The notes: generated by a model not told the origin, from the letters alone. Shown: positions 17,685 through 28,346, numbered from the stretch's first letter. The stretch: 64,000 nucleotides of DNA from Patescibacteria group bacterium (GCA_028716665.1 JAQUPP010000002.1:203717-267716), one strand, 5' to 3'. Numbers and translations: made by a program.

Positions 17685-19082
17685 ATGAAAAAAGTCTTTT
17701 CATTTTTGGCGATAGCTGCAATTCTTTGCAGCTCGATGGCTTATGGTACCTGGCCAATGTTCCAAAGAAATGCAAAACACGATGGAAGTGGACCAGCCGG
17801 ACCGGAGACAAATAATGTCAGTTGGTCTTTAAATTTAGGGACCACCTGCGGATTATTTTCTTCACCGATCAGTGATTCGTTTAATGGTGATGAAAGAATA
17901 TTTCTCGGCACCCAAAAGGGTGTGTATGAAATAAGTTCTCAGGGAGGTCTGATTCAAAAAATAGATACCGGTTATGGAACAGAAGTGTCAGTGGCTGTCC
18001 ATGATAGTACGATTTTCTTTTGCTCTAAAGATTCTTTGATTAAAAAGAATCTGACAGACAGCACAAAGAATTGGTCATATTATTTGGGAGCCAACCCTTC
18101 GGCACCAACTATTTTCGGCGGAAATATTTATGTTTACGCCAATAATAAACTCTGGTGTTTTGTTGATACCGGACTTAGCTGGGTGACCGTAACTTTAGAC
18201 AAAGGAAATGATAAAAGCGTTTCACCGGCAGTTGATGACAGTGGTAACATTTATGTTGCTACTCTCTCAAATCCGGCCGCTTATTATGATTTTCTTTTAT
18301 ATGTCTATAATCCAAACGGAACAATGAAATGGGGATATACAGCCTTAACAGGTGAACCAACGGGTGTTCATGGAACACCAACAATTGGTCCTCATGGTGA
18401 AGTTCTAGTTTGGACTTATCCAACACAGAGTTGGCCTTCAAGTCTGTACTGCATAAATGAATCAGGGAGACTTTGGCAAAAATCATCGCCGAAAATTCGT
18501 TATTCAAGTGTAGGAATATTTGGAGACACGATTATTTATTGCGGAGATAACGGAATTACGGCTTGTCTTTTGTCTGATGGTAGCACTGTTTGGAACTATG
18601 CTTTAGCAGGTCCGATCACAATTTCTTCCCCAGCCATTGGTGCTGATGGAACAATTTACGTCGGCAATGATGCAGGCAAAGTTTTGGCAGTTTCCAAAAA
18701 TGGAACTTTGTTATGGGAATATGACACCAAACAAGGACCTCTTGGAAGCCCGTCTATCGGTCCCAATAAGACGCTCCGCATCAATTCTTTAAGCGGCATA
18801 TTGTATGTTTTTAAACAAGCAGTAGGGGTCGCAGAAAAAGAAAAAATTGAAAAAATGGTAACAGTGTCTCCGACCGTTTCAGCCACTAACTTTGAAATTC
18901 AAGCTCCGGAAAGAGCTATAAAGAAAGTGTATGATATAGCCGGTAAACTGGTTAAAACCATAGGGAGCTCAAGTTGGGATGGGACAAACGAATTAAACAA
19001 GAAGTTATCGAACGGAATGTACTTTATTAACGTAAGCGTAGGTGGAGCTACGGTTACGAAGAAGATAATATTGATGAGATGA
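17685..19082 (+). CDS. Secreted PQQ-like beta-propeller protein with FlgD-Ig/T9SS-type C-terminal domain
   Basis: Signal peptide, WPMFQRNAKHDG, SSPAIGADGTIYVG-type repeats, and C-terminus VYDIAGKLVK...WDGTNE...LSNGMYFI...TKKIILMR. AGGAGG SD. Confidence 0.85.
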   Translation: MKKVFSFLAIAAILCSSMAYGTWPMFQRNAKHDGSGPAGPETNNVSWSLNLGTTCGLFSSPISDSFNGDERIFLGTQKGVYEISSQGGLIQKIDTGYGTEVSVAVHDSTIFFCSKDSLIKKNLTDSTKNWSYYLGANPSAPTIFGGNIYVYANNKLWCFVDTGLSWVTVTLDKGNDKSVSPAVDDSGNIYVATLSNPAAYYDFLLYVYNPNGTMKWGYTALTGEPTGVHGTPTIGPHGEVLVWTYPTQSWPSSLYCINESGRLWQKSSPKIRYSSVGIFGDTIIYCGDNGITACLLSDGSTVWNYALAGPITISSPAIGADGTIYVGNDAGKVLAVSKNGTLLWEYDTKQGPLGSPSIGPNKTLRINSLSGILYVFKQAVGVAEKEKIEKMVTVSPTVSATNFEIQAPERAIKKVYDIAGKLVKTIGSSSWDGTNELNKKLSNGMYFINVSVGGATVTKKIILMR

Positions 19083-19095
19083 TCTTATCAATCAC

Positions 19096-19127
19096 AAGGC
19101 AGGTGTAAAATTACACCTGCCTTTTTT
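19096..19127 (+). terminator. Terminator after the beta-propeller gene
   Basis: AAGGCAGGTGTAA-aa-TTACACCTGCCTT followed by a T run. Confidence 0.8.
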
Positions 19128-19187
19128 ATTCTTTAGAAAGGACTATTAAAGAGTGGGGGAATAGCTTATCCACAGCAGAAGGATTGA

Positions 19188-19404
19188 CCCCCTCACAAGG
19201 AAAATTATTGTCTTTCTTAAAAATTATTACCTCCTTAAATATAAGTCTCTTAATTAAAATAAAATCAGTATATATATAAAATAATAAGAAACAATCAATT
19301 TTTATTGCCAAGCGAGTGAGGGAAAAGAAAATTTATTTTCTTTTCCGAGCGAGTGCGGGCAACACAAGGTTAATATCTTTTATAATTTTCCACATGTGAG
19401 GGGG
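19188..19404. mobile_element. MITE family A, copy 2 (contains a nested hairpin insert)
   Basis: Same TIRs and TTGA flanks. Left end ACAAGGAAAATTATTGTCTTT is shared with copy 1. Confidence 0.85.
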
Positions 19405-19583
19405 TTGACAAAATGTTAATTTTTGTTTTATCCCCAAAAAGGGGGCTTGACAAATTCTCATTTTTATGATATATTATATAAATAAATAAAAGGACAGACC
19501 TATAACATAGATTTAAAGCTCTTTATAGCAATAATGTAAAATCAAGAAAATATAATTTATTTCGCATAATTAATTTATTTTAA

Positions 19584-22500
19584 ATGTTTATCATTATGAA
19601 AAATATGAAAAAGTTAAGTTTATTTCTCACAGTCTGTTTAGCAAGTTTTATTATCTTAGGCAATTCTCCATTGCCTGCTTTTGCATTAACTGAATTTAAC
19701 ACAGTGTATGTTTCTACAAACGTAGAAATAGGGGGTACTGTTTATCCTTATTTGGCAACTGTTTATGCCAGTGATGCAAGTTCTGTTAAAGTAATCGTGG
19801 AAGATCCAAGAGGAACTCAGTTTGAAAATGATTTATCTATGCATCAGGGAACAACATGGTTTGGTCCGATATCAATTTCACCTAATAATGAAGGAGGACT
19901 TTGGAAAGTGGCAAGAGTTGATATTGTAGATAATGGAGGCGCGTCTACTTCTTATTCCGAACAAACCGATCCGGGTATTTTTGCCATGTCCGGCACAACT
20001 TTTAATGTTTATAATTCACCCAAATATATTGATTCTTTTACTTTTGAAGGATTAAATCCAGCGGTTGCCGGTGTTATTAATGAAGAAACTCATAAAATTA
20101 CCGCAACTGTACCTTCTGGCACGGATTTACTTACACTTGCGCCAACCGTCGTTTTTCACGGATCATCTATTAGTCCGATAAGCGGTACTGCTCAAGATTT
20201 TACCGATTCAGTTGCTAACCCGGTAATTTATACTGTGACTGCGGAAGATAATGCAACCAAGGATTATGAAGTCACTGTTAATGTGGCGGCTAGTACTGAT
20301 AAAGCGATTACTTCTTTTACTATTCCAGGTCAGGTAGGCGATACAACTATAAATGAAGCTGATGAAAATAATTATACTATTAATTTAAATATGCCTCATG
20401 GCACGAAGGTAACTGCTCTCACCCCAACCGTTATTATTAAGGGTAATGAAGTTGAACCAAAATCGGGCATAACTCAAAATTTTGCTAATCCACGAGTTAA
20501 ATATACAGTTACATCTGCGGTTGATTCCGGTGATACTCAAGATTATTTCGTTACCGTAAATGTTCTTAATAGAATTGATGATACACTACCATATCTTAAT
20601 AATGACCAGAACAACCCTGATGGCGTGACAATTAATCCATCAATTATACATATAGGAAATTCTGTCACCGCAACTGTCAAAGCTCATGATGTGGGATCGG
20701 GTGTTGAATTTGCTAAAGTAACTATTGCCAGTCCGTCAGGAAATCAAACAGTTGAGTGCACCACTCAAGACTCAGAATTCTCTTGTGATTTATTAATTCC
20801 ATTAAATGGCGAGCTTGGAATTTGGGAAGTAAAAAAACTTGATATTAAAGATTACGCGGGAAATATTGCGCATTTTAATTATCCAGAAGGTAATCCTTCC
20901 AAACTTCCTACATTCACTGTCACCAGTTCAGCCAAAGATATTACTTCTTTCAGTTTCCCGGAAGGCGTAGGTGCTATTACCGGAACTGATATTGCCGTGA
21001 CTGTCCCATTTGGAACACTTCCTTTACTTACTCCGACAATTACGGTTTCCGAAGGAGCAACAGTCAGTCCTTGGAGTGGAATACTTCAAGATTTTACCGA
21101 CCCGGTAACTTATACTGTTACTGCGGCCGATTCTTCCACAAAAGTTTATACTGTGACTGTAACTGTCGCAGCCAATCCAACCAAATCAATTACATCTTTT
21201 AATTTTAATGAATTAAATCCGGATGTTATTGGTGTTATTAATGAAAATAACCACACTGTCGCTTTAACTGTTCCTTTTGGAACAGACGTGACAATGTTGA
21301 CACCAACCATTGCTATTACCGGATCATTTATTAATCCATTGAGCGGCATACCTCAAGATTTTACCAATCCGGTAACCTATACTGTCACTGCCACGGATAT
21401 GACAACTCAAGATTATACTGTCACTGTTGCTGTGGCTCCTAGCCCGGCGAAAGCGATTACTGCTTTCAGTTTTGTGGCTCCGGAAGCCAATGGCGTTATC
21501 AACGAAGCCAATCACACTATTGCCGTTACTGTTCCTTTTGGAACTAACGTGACAATGTTGACACCAACCATTACTATTACCGGACAATCAGTTTGGCCGA
21601 TAAGCGGCACTGCTCAAGATTTTTCAATTCCGGTTGATTATACTGTTACTGCGGCTGATATGACAATTCAAACTTATACTGTTACGGTTGTTGTCGCCGC
21701 CACCAGTTCTGAAAAAGAAATTACATCTTTCATTTTTAATGAATTAACTCCGGCAGCTGTTGGTGTTATTAACGGTGATGTTATCACAGTAATTGTTCCG
21801 TTTGGAACCAATGTGACAATGTTGACTCCAACCATTGCGCATACCGGATTATTTGTTAATCCATTCAGCGGTATAGCTCGTGATTTTACAACTCCGCAAA
21901 CTTATACTGTCACGGCCGCGGATTTTTCACAAAGAGTTTATACTGTGAATGTTACTGTGGCTCTTAATCCGGCCAAAGCAATTACTGCTTTTACAATTCC
22001 TAACCAAGTAGGTACTACAACTATCAATGAAGCTACTCATAATATTCATTTGACTATGCCGTTTGGCGCAGACGTGACAATGCTTGTGCCGACCATCGTG
22101 CATACCGGATTATTTGTTAATCCATTAAGTGATACTGCTCAAGATTTCACCAGCCCGGTAACTTATACTGTTACTGCTGCTGATTCTTCTACTCAAGCTT
22201 ACACGGTAACTGTTGCCGCAGCCACCAGTTCAGCTAAAGCAATTACTTCATTTATTATTTCTGATCAAGCAGCGGCTATTAACGAAACCGATCACACGAT
22301 CACTTTAACCATGTCTTATGGCACGGTTGTGACCGCGCTCGTTCCGACTATCACGGTTTCTGCCGGAGCAACGGTTAATCCCGCTTCTGGCGTAGCTCAA
22401 AATTTTTCCAGCCCGGTAACTTATACTGTTACTGCTGCTGATAATTCCACTCAAACCTATACTGTTACCATAACTGTTAGAGGCGGCGGTGGAGGCGGAG

Positions 22501-22961
22501 GCGGCGGTGGAAGTTCTTATACTTACAGCTCTGCCAAGGCAATCACAGCTTTCAGTTTTGATGGATTAAAACCAATCGTAGGCACTATTAATGAAACAAA
22601 TTATACAGTTCTTTTGGTTGCTCCTTATGGCACAGACGTAACTCATTTAGTGCCGACTATCACGGTTTCTGATAAAGCAAAAATTTCTCCAGTTTCAGGT
22701 GTTGCTCAAAATTTCACCAATCCTGTTGTTTACACAGTCACTGCCGAGAGCGGCGCAATGCAAACTTATACTGTGACCGTAGCCTTTACTCAAAATATTA
22801 AAACAGGTGATATTAACAAGGATGGAAAAGTTGATAAATATGACTTCTCAATATTGATGGCAAATTGGGGACAGACAGGTTTAAACATTTGCGATGTCAA
22901 TACTGACAGCAAAGTCGATAAATATGATTTCTCATTATTAATGTTAAATTGGTCTCTATAA
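19584..22961 (+). CDS. Large secreted Ig-like repeat (DUF5018-like) protein with C-terminal dockerin
   Basis: Signal peptide, about nine ~85-90 aa repeats (KAITxFxF...QDFTxPVTYTVTAAD), poly-Gly linker, and paired motifs GDINKDGKVDKYDF / DVNTDSKVDKYDF. Confidence 0.85.
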   Translation: MFIIMKNMKKLSLFLTVCLASFIILGNSPLPAFALTEFNTVYVSTNVEIGGTVYPYLATVYASDASSVKVIVEDPRGTQFENDLSMHQGTTWFGPISISPNNEGGLWKVARVDIVDNGGASTSYSEQTDPGIFAMSGTTFNVYNSPKYIDSFTFEGLNPAVAGVINEETHKITATVPSGTDLLTLAPTVVFHGSSISPISGTAQDFTDSVANPVIYTVTAEDNATKDYEVTVNVAASTDKAITSFTIPGQVGDTTINEADENNYTINLNMPHGTKVTALTPTVIIKGNEVEPKSGITQNFANPRVKYTVTSAVDSGDTQDYFVTVNVLNRIDDTLPYLNNDQNNPDGVTINPSIIHIGNSVTATVKAHDVGSGVEFAKVTIASPSGNQTVECTTQDSEFSCDLLIPLNGELGIWEVKKLDIKDYAGNIAHFNYPEGNPSKLPTFTVTSSAKDITSFSFPEGVGAITGTDIAVTVPFGTLPLLTPTITVSEGATVSPWSGILQDFTDPVTYTVTAADSSTKVYTVTVTVAANPTKSITSFNFNELNPDVIGVINENNHTVALTVPFGTDVTMLTPTIAITGSFINPLSGIPQDFTNPVTYTVTATDMTTQDYTVTVAVAPSPAKAITAFSFVAPEANGVINEANHTIAVTVPFGTNVTMLTPTITITGQSVWPISGTAQDFSIPVDYTVTAADMTIQTYTVTVVVAATSSEKEITSFIFNELTPAAVGVINGDVITVIVPFGTNVTMLTPTIAHTGLFVNPFSGIARDFTTPQTYTVTAADFSQRVYTVNVTVALNPAKAITAFTIPNQVGTTTINEATHNIHLTMPFGADVTMLVPTIVHTGLFVNPLSDTAQDFTSPVTYTVTAADSSTQAYTVTVAAATSSAKAITSFIISDQAAAINETDHTITLTMSYGTVVTALVPTITVSAGATVNPASGVAQNFSSPVTYTVTAADNSTQTYTVTITVRGGGGGGGGGGSSYTYSSAKAITAFSFDGLKPIVGTINETNYTVLLVAPYGTDVTHLVPTITVSDKAKISPVSGVAQNFTNPVVYTVTAESGAMQTYTVTVAFTQNIKTGDINKDGKVDKYDFSILMANWGQTGLNICDVNTDSKVDKYDFSLLMLNWSL

Positions 22962-22983
22962 GAATAAATAAATAATTATAAAT

Positions 22984-24264
22984 ATGAAAAATATGAAAAA
23001 TATAAAAATGAAAATTGTATTATTGACAACTGTCCTCTTATTGTCGGTTGCCGGTTTTATCGGAACAGCAGATGCTGCCAGTACTTTCTTGTACGTCTCT
23101 CCGACAAACGTCAGCAAAACTGCCGGAAGCGTATTTAACGCAACCGTAGGACTTAATAATGCCGGTGATAAGGTTTGCACCATTGAAGGTACTTTGGTTT
23201 TTAACAATTTAACTTGTCAGGGCATAACTCTTTCAAGTGGTTTGCAAGCGTTATCTTCTCCAAGTTGTTCAAGTCCTTATTTCTTAATCGGTATACCGAG
23301 TTGTACAGTGTCGGATAGAACATTAATGACTGTATCTGTTAAAGCGGAAAATGCCAAACCGTCTTCAATCAGTTTCAAAGGTGTTGATATTATCGGTGAA
23401 GGAACTTCAGTTTCTAATACTTCCGTAGCCGGAAATTATAATGTCGCTCCTGTTGTCAAACCGACTCCTGTTGCTCCGGCTCCTGTCGTGAAAGAAACTC
23501 CTAAAACAACTCCGAAAACTACAACTCCTTCAACAAAAAAAGAAACCACGCCTGCTCCTGTTGTAAATTCAGCCAAAGCTATTACTTCGTTTGACTTTGC
23601 AGCTTATGCGGTCGTAGGTGCTATTAATGAAGATACAAAAACAATCGTGGCCACCTTGCCCTATGGCACTGATGTCACCGCGCTTGTTCCAATGATTACT
23701 ACAACCGGAAAATCAGTCAGCCCGGCTTCTGGCGCGGCTCAGGATTTCTCTGATCCGATCGCTTACACAGTCACGGCTGAAGATAAATCCACTCAAACTT
23801 ATACTGTTGCCATAACCGTTGCCGCTAATCCGGCTAAAGCAATCACTGATTTCAGCTTTAAAGGTTTAGGCGCGGGTGTTATCAATGAAACAAATCATGT
23901 CATTACCGTAACCGTTCCTTTTGGAACCAAGGTTAACGCTCTTACTCCGACCATCGTTATTAACGGAGTGGCGGTCAGCCCGGCTTCCGGAATGACGCAA
24001 GATTTCACTCATTCAGTTATTTACACTGTTACCGCTGCCGACGATACAACTCAAGCTTATACTGTTACCGCAACTGTTGCTGCTAAAAAAGTTGCGAAAT
24101 CAAGTTTGTTGGGTTCAATGGCAAATGTATTATCTCTCGGAACCGGTAAAGTGTGGTTAGGTGTAATAGTGACTTTGATCATACTCGGTGTTATTGGCTA
24201 CTTCATTCTTAAAGGAAAAAAGAAAGTTAAGAAAGAAGTAAAACAAGAACCGTTGATAAAATAA
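22984..24264 (+). CDS. Membrane-anchored cohesin-like protein with two DUF5018-like repeats
   Basis: Signal peptide, cohesin-like N-terminus (LYVSPTNVSKTAGSVFNATV...IEGTLVF), Pro/Thr linker, and a C-terminal TM with basic tail. Confidence 0.7.
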   Translation: MKNMKNIKMKIVLLTTVLLLSVAGFIGTADAASTFLYVSPTNVSKTAGSVFNATVGLNNAGDKVCTIEGTLVFNNLTCQGITLSSGLQALSSPSCSSPYFLIGIPSCTVSDRTLMTVSVKAENAKPSSISFKGVDIIGEGTSVSNTSVAGNYNVAPVVKPTPVAPAPVVKETPKTTPKTTTPSTKKETTPAPVVNSAKAITSFDFAAYAVVGAINEDTKTIVATLPYGTDVTALVPMITTTGKSVSPASGAAQDFSDPIAYTVTAEDKSTQTYTVAITVAANPAKAITDFSFKGLGAGVINETNHVITVTVPFGTKVNALTPTIVINGVAVSPASGMTQDFTHSVIYTVTAADDTTQAYTVTATVAAKKVAKSSLLGSMANVLSLGTGKVWLGVIVTLIILGVIGYFILKGKKKVKKEVKQEPLIK

Positions 24265-24400
24265 TTAAGTTTTAATTGAACCTCGGAAAGGCGGATGAGA
24301 TTTTCATCCGCCTTTCATTTTGTTAAAAATATTTGACAAATTTTTAAAAATTTGCTAATCTATTAAATCAAGCATTGCAATTATATAATTTAAATTTTTT

Positions 24401-25882
24401 ATGGCTGAAGAAGTAGTTTTGCGTTTTGATAAAGTTATTTTTGAATATGTCCATAAAAAGCCCGTGTTGAACGAGGCCAGTTTTAGCGTGCGAAAAGGCG
24501 CGAAAATAACTTTAATGGGTCAGAACGGATCGGGGAAAAGCACGATTTTTAATTTAATTAAAGGAGATATCAAACCGAAGGGCGGTCAAATATCGGTTTC
24601 TTTGGGTGCTACGGTAGGTATTGCCAGTCAAACTATCAACAGAAGTGATTTGGATTTAAGCATAGAAGATTATTTTTCCAAAGCTTTTTCCATTGTGCCG
24701 GCTGATTTGCGCAGTCAGATAGCCAAAGTTATGGATGCGGTTAATATGTCCATCGGCCCCGAAGAAAGCAGCGGAGCGATCAGTTTGAAGAGGCGAGTCG
24801 GCGATCTTTCCGGTGGCCAACAAGCTCGGTTATTATTGGCTTTTGCCATGATTAAAAATCCTGATATTTTATTATTGGACGAACCGACCAACAATTTGGA
24901 CAAAGAAGGCATTGATCACTTGTTGGGATTTTTGATTATGTATCCGAAAACCGTGATTGTTATTTCTCATGACGCTGATTTTTTAAATTGTTTTACCGAG
25001 GGCGTAATTTATCTTGATATTTTTACGCATCAGACAGAAATGTATTTGGGAGATTATTATTCAGTGGTTGAGGAAATTTCAAAGCGAGTGGAAAGAGAAC
25101 AAATGAAAAACGCTCAATTAAAAAAACAAATTCTTGATCGCAAAGAAAAAGTTAATTTTTTCGCCAATAAAGGTGGAAAGATGAGAAAATTGGCCAGCAA
25201 GCTTCGCGAAGAAACAGAAGAATTGGAAGAAAATATGGTTGATGTCAGAAAAGAAGACAGGGTCATCAGAAAATTTTCAATTCCGGTGCAGGAAGATTTA
25301 ATCGGCAATATCGTGGAAATCAGATCTGTCAAAATTTTTAAAGATAATAAACTGGTTGTCAAAAAAGTTAAAAAAGATATTAATAAAAAAATTCATCTCT
25401 CGGTGGTCGGGCCGAATGGAATCGGCAAAAGCACTTTTTTGCGCTCGCTGGTTTCGGAAAAACACGAGGGTGTCAAAATCGCCGACGATATCAGAATCGG
25501 TTATTACAGCCAGGATTTCTCAAATCTTAATTTTCAGGAAACCGTACTTGATTCATTGAAAAATGTTGTGTTTGACAATTCGGATTCCCAACATTTGCGA
25601 ACAGTGGCGGCCGGATTTCTTTTAACAGGGGATATTATGGATAATCTTATTTGCGAATTATCCGAAGGGCAAAAAGGACTTTTGACTTTTGCTCGGCTTG
25701 TTTTAATGCGGCCCGGTTTATTGATTTTGGACGAGCCGACCAATCACATTAATTTTCGTCATTTGCCTTTAATCGCCGAAGCAATTAATAATTTTCACGG
25801 ACCTGTTATTTTGGTCAGCCATATGGAAAAATTTGTTGAATCATTGAAAATTAACGAAGAACTTGATCTAGGCAAATTATAA
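24401..25882 (+). CDS. ABC-F family ATPase
   Basis: Two ABC cassettes (GQNGSGKS/LSGGQ/LDEPTN and GPNGIGKS/LSEGQ/LDEPTN), no TM segments. Confidence 0.92.
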   Translation: MAEEVVLRFDKVIFEYVHKKPVLNEASFSVRKGAKITLMGQNGSGKSTIFNLIKGDIKPKGGQISVSLGATVGIASQTINRSDLDLSIEDYFSKAFSIVPADLRSQIAKVMDAVNMSIGPEESSGAISLKRRVGDLSGGQQARLLLAFAMIKNPDILLLDEPTNNLDKEGIDHLLGFLIMYPKTVIVISHDADFLNCFTEGVIYLDIFTHQTEMYLGDYYSVVEEISKRVEREQMKNAQLKKQILDRKEKVNFFANKGGKMRKLASKLREETEELEENMVDVRKEDRVIRKFSIPVQEDLIGNIVEIRSVKIFKDNKLVVKKVKKDINKKIHLSVVGPNGIGKSTFLRSLVSEKHEGVKIADDIRIGYYSQDFSNLNFQETVLDSLKNVVFDNSDSQHLRTVAAGFLLTGDIMDNLICELSEGQKGLLTFARLVLMRPGLLILDEPTNHINFRHLPLIAEAINNFHGPVILVSHMEKFVESLKINEELDLGKL

Positions 25883-25906
25883 ACAATAACCTTGTAAGGG
25901 GGTTGA

Positions 25907-26046
25907 CCCCCTCACATAGTAAATTATAAAAATTACTGTCTTTCGTTTTTACATATACTGATTTTATTTTAATTAGACATCTATTTTAACTTTTGACCTA
26001 TTAAATCGTAATTTTTAAGAAAGACAATAATTTCCTTGTGAGGGGG
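25907..26046. mobile_element. MITE family A, copy 3 (inverted relative to copies 1-2)
   Basis: Same TIRs. Its right end AAGACAATAATTTCCTTGTG is the reverse complement of the copy 1 left end, yet the TTGA flanks keep the + orientation. Confidence 0.85.
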
Positions 26047-26156
26047 TTGACAAATATTATCAATAGTGTATACTTATATAGTTACAAAAGATGCGGAAAC
26101 ATAGTCGAGTTTTTCTGTATTAAAAATTATTAAAATTAAAATAAAAGTTTAAACGT

Positions 26157-26354
26157 ATGAACGGAACTATTAAAACTCTTACGGATAGAGGATTTGGATT
26201 TATTTCTCGCGAAGGCGAAACAAAAGATCTATTTTTTCATTCCAAAAACTTGGTTGGCGTTACTTTTGCCGAATTAAAGGTTGGCGATGCCGTCACCTTT
26301 GAAGTCGAGCAGGGCGATAAAGGCCCAGCTGCCATCAATGTAGCACGCGCATAG
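26157..26354 (+). CDS. Cold-shock domain protein
   Basis: RNP motifs RGFGFI and DLFFH, 65 aa. Confidence 0.95.
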   Translation: MNGTIKTLTDRGFGFISREGETKDLFFHSKNLVGVTFAELKVGDAVTFEVEQGDKGPAAINVARA

Positions 26355-26588
26355 TCGTCGTGAGCAAAAAAGACCACTTTCGTTTGAGAGCGGTCTTTTT
26401 GTTTTTAATTTTTTTATAAGGGTCCCGCCCTTAATATTTAAATTTTTTATTTATTTTTTTTCTTATCAACTTATTTGCTTATCAACTTATTAACTGAACA
26501 CGGGGGTTGACATTTTTACTAAAATATGATATAATTTTTAACAGTAGTTTAAAATAAAAAATTAAAAATTAAAAAAGGGGAGGGGAAA

Positions 26589-26891
26589 ATGGCAAAATGG
26601 AAATTTCCTTACTGGGGCATCATTGGTTGTTATATAGTCAGAATTGATGCAGAAAGCGATGATCTTGTTTTTCCTAAATATAAAGAAGGACAAGCAGCGC
26701 TGGAGCCAGTGAGTAAGTCGAACGAGATGTTTAAAGTATTAAAGTTTAAAACAGTAGAAGCGGCAATAAAAGCAATGGCTAAGATCAAAAATAAAACTGA
26801 AAAAGAAATTTTGAAAGAAGTACAGGATAATTTCCCTAGCATGGAAATTACTCTGAAAAAAAGAAGCTTTTTCTTTTTCTGGAAAAGGTAA
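26589..26891 (+). CDS. Hypothetical protein (self-contained cassette)
   Basis: Own GGGGTTGACA...TATAAT promoter, GGGGAGGGG SD and downstream hairpin. Confidence 0.65.
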   Translation: MAKWKFPYWGIIGCYIVRIDAESDDLVFPKYKEGQAALEPVSKSNEMFKVLKFKTVEAAIKAMAKIKNKTEKEILKEVQDNFPSMEITLKKRSFFFFWKR

Positions 26892-26942
26892 AATAACAAA
26901 AACTGGGGCAGATTATTCCCCAGTTTTTTCTTTATTCGGAAA

Positions 26943-28040
26943 TTATTGTTTTTTGTCAATAATAATTCCTCCGCCAAGAACCATATCTTTGTCGTAAAAA
27001 ACAATTGATTGGCCCGGAGTAACCGCGAATTGCGGTTTTTTAAATTTTAAAACAGCGCTCTTGTTTGTTTTTGATAAAAATACGGCTTCGGCGAATTCGG
27101 CGCCGTATCTTATTTTGGTTCTGACTTTATTGGTTTTTATCAGTTTTAACGGAACGATCCAATTGATTTTTTTCACAAATGCTTTATCTGAAAAAGCGAG
27201 ATTTCTCGGCCCCGCAACAATGATATTTTTTTTGACGTCTATTTTTAAAACATAATAAGGTTCTTTTAATCCGCCGATATGGAGATTTTTTCTCTGACCC
27301 AAAGTGTAATTTGATATTCCTTTGTGCTGTCCTAAAATATTTCCCTGCCAGTCAACTATTGATCCGATTTTTCCGGCCGGCAGTAAGACCGAATAATTGT
27401 CGCATTCAATGAAATTTTGGCTTTCGTCTTTTTCCGCGTAATCGGCAAACCCGTTTTTTTGAGCGAATTTTTTAATATCATCTTTTCTTTTTTCTCCAAG
27501 AGGAAAAAGAATTTTTTTCAATTGTTTTTGTTTTAATCGGTATAAAAAATAAGACTGGTCTTTGTTTTTATCAAGACCGGTCTTTAACAAATAAATATTA
27601 TTTTTTTTATCAAAGCTTGTTCTGGCATAATGTCCGGTGGCGAAATAATCAAATTTTATTCCGCTGTTAATCGCTTTGTCTATCAATAATCCGAATTTTA
27701 TTTTTGAATTGCACATCACGCACGGATTGGGAGTTTTTCCTTTTTGGTATTCTTCTTTGAAATAATCAATGACGCTTTTGTGATATTCTTTTCTGAGGTC
27801 TATTACGTAGTGGGGGATATTCATTATTCTGGCCGCTTTTTCCGCTTCGGCAATATCTTTAATTTCTCCCGGTCCGTAACACCCGCTTCGGTTGCCTTTA
27901 ATCAGGGGATTATTATCCCAAATTTTCATTGTTAACCCGACAATGTCATATCCTTCATTTTTGAGCATCAAAGCGGCGATTGTGGAATCAACTCCACCAC
28001 TCATTCCCACTGCGATTTTTGTTGTTTTTTTATTTTTCAT
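26943..28040 (-). CDS. mnmA: tRNA 2-thiouridylase MnmA
   Basis: GMSGGVDS, TPNPCVMCN, ATGHYA, KDQSYFL, TLGQRK, VTPGQS. Start moved to the ATG at 28040. Confidence 0.96.
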   Translation of the reverse strand: MKNKKTTKIAVGMSGGVDSTIAALMLKNEGYDIVGLTMKIWDNNPLIKGNRSGCYGPGEIKDIAEAEKAARIMNIPHYVIDLRKEYHKSVIDYFKEEYQKGKTPNPCVMCNSKIKFGLLIDKAINSGIKFDYFATGHYARTSFDKKNNIYLLKTGLDKNKDQSYFLYRLKQKQLKKILFPLGEKRKDDIKKFAQKNGFADYAEKDESQNFIECDNYSVLLPAGKIGSIVDWQGNILGQHKGISNYTLGQRKNLHIGGLKEPYYVLKIDVKKNIIVAGPRNLAFSDKAFVKKINWIVPLKLIKTNKVRTKIRYGAEFAEAVFLSKTNKSAVLKFKKPQFAVTPGQSIVFYDKDMVLGGGIIIDKKQ

Positions 28041-28127
28041 TGAATTAATTTTAAATCTTTTTTTGATTATTGACAAGGTTCTAAAATATGATATATTTAA
28101 AATAAATATTTTAAAAAGGAGGAAAAA

Positions 28128-28346
28128 GTGAATCAAAATAGAATTAAAGCATTGACAAAAGTAGGAGGAATATTCGGACTCGGTATTGGAATTATGAATG
28201 GAATTGCATTTGGGTTTGGGTCCGGCGTTGGGGTTGGGATTGAATCGGGTCTTGTAAATGGAATCGTATTTGGGCTTATGATCGGATTTGTGGGTGGATT
28301 AGCAACTTTTTTATTATTAGGGTCTTTAACAAACAGGGCCCAATAA
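28128..28346 (+). CDS. Small Gly-rich membrane protein (cassette)
   Basis: GTG start after AGGAGG, own TTGACA promoter and terminator, GxxxG-rich. Confidence 0.7.
   Translation: MNQNRIKALTKVGGIFGLGIGIMNGIAFGFGSGVGVGIESGLVNGIVFGLMIGFVGGLATFLLLGSLTNRAQ

Noticed and set aside
19584-22961. Diversity-generating retroelement template/variable repeats
   Set aside because: The repeats are in-frame protein domain duplications, no adenine-specific mismatch pattern was evident by eye, and no RT is present.
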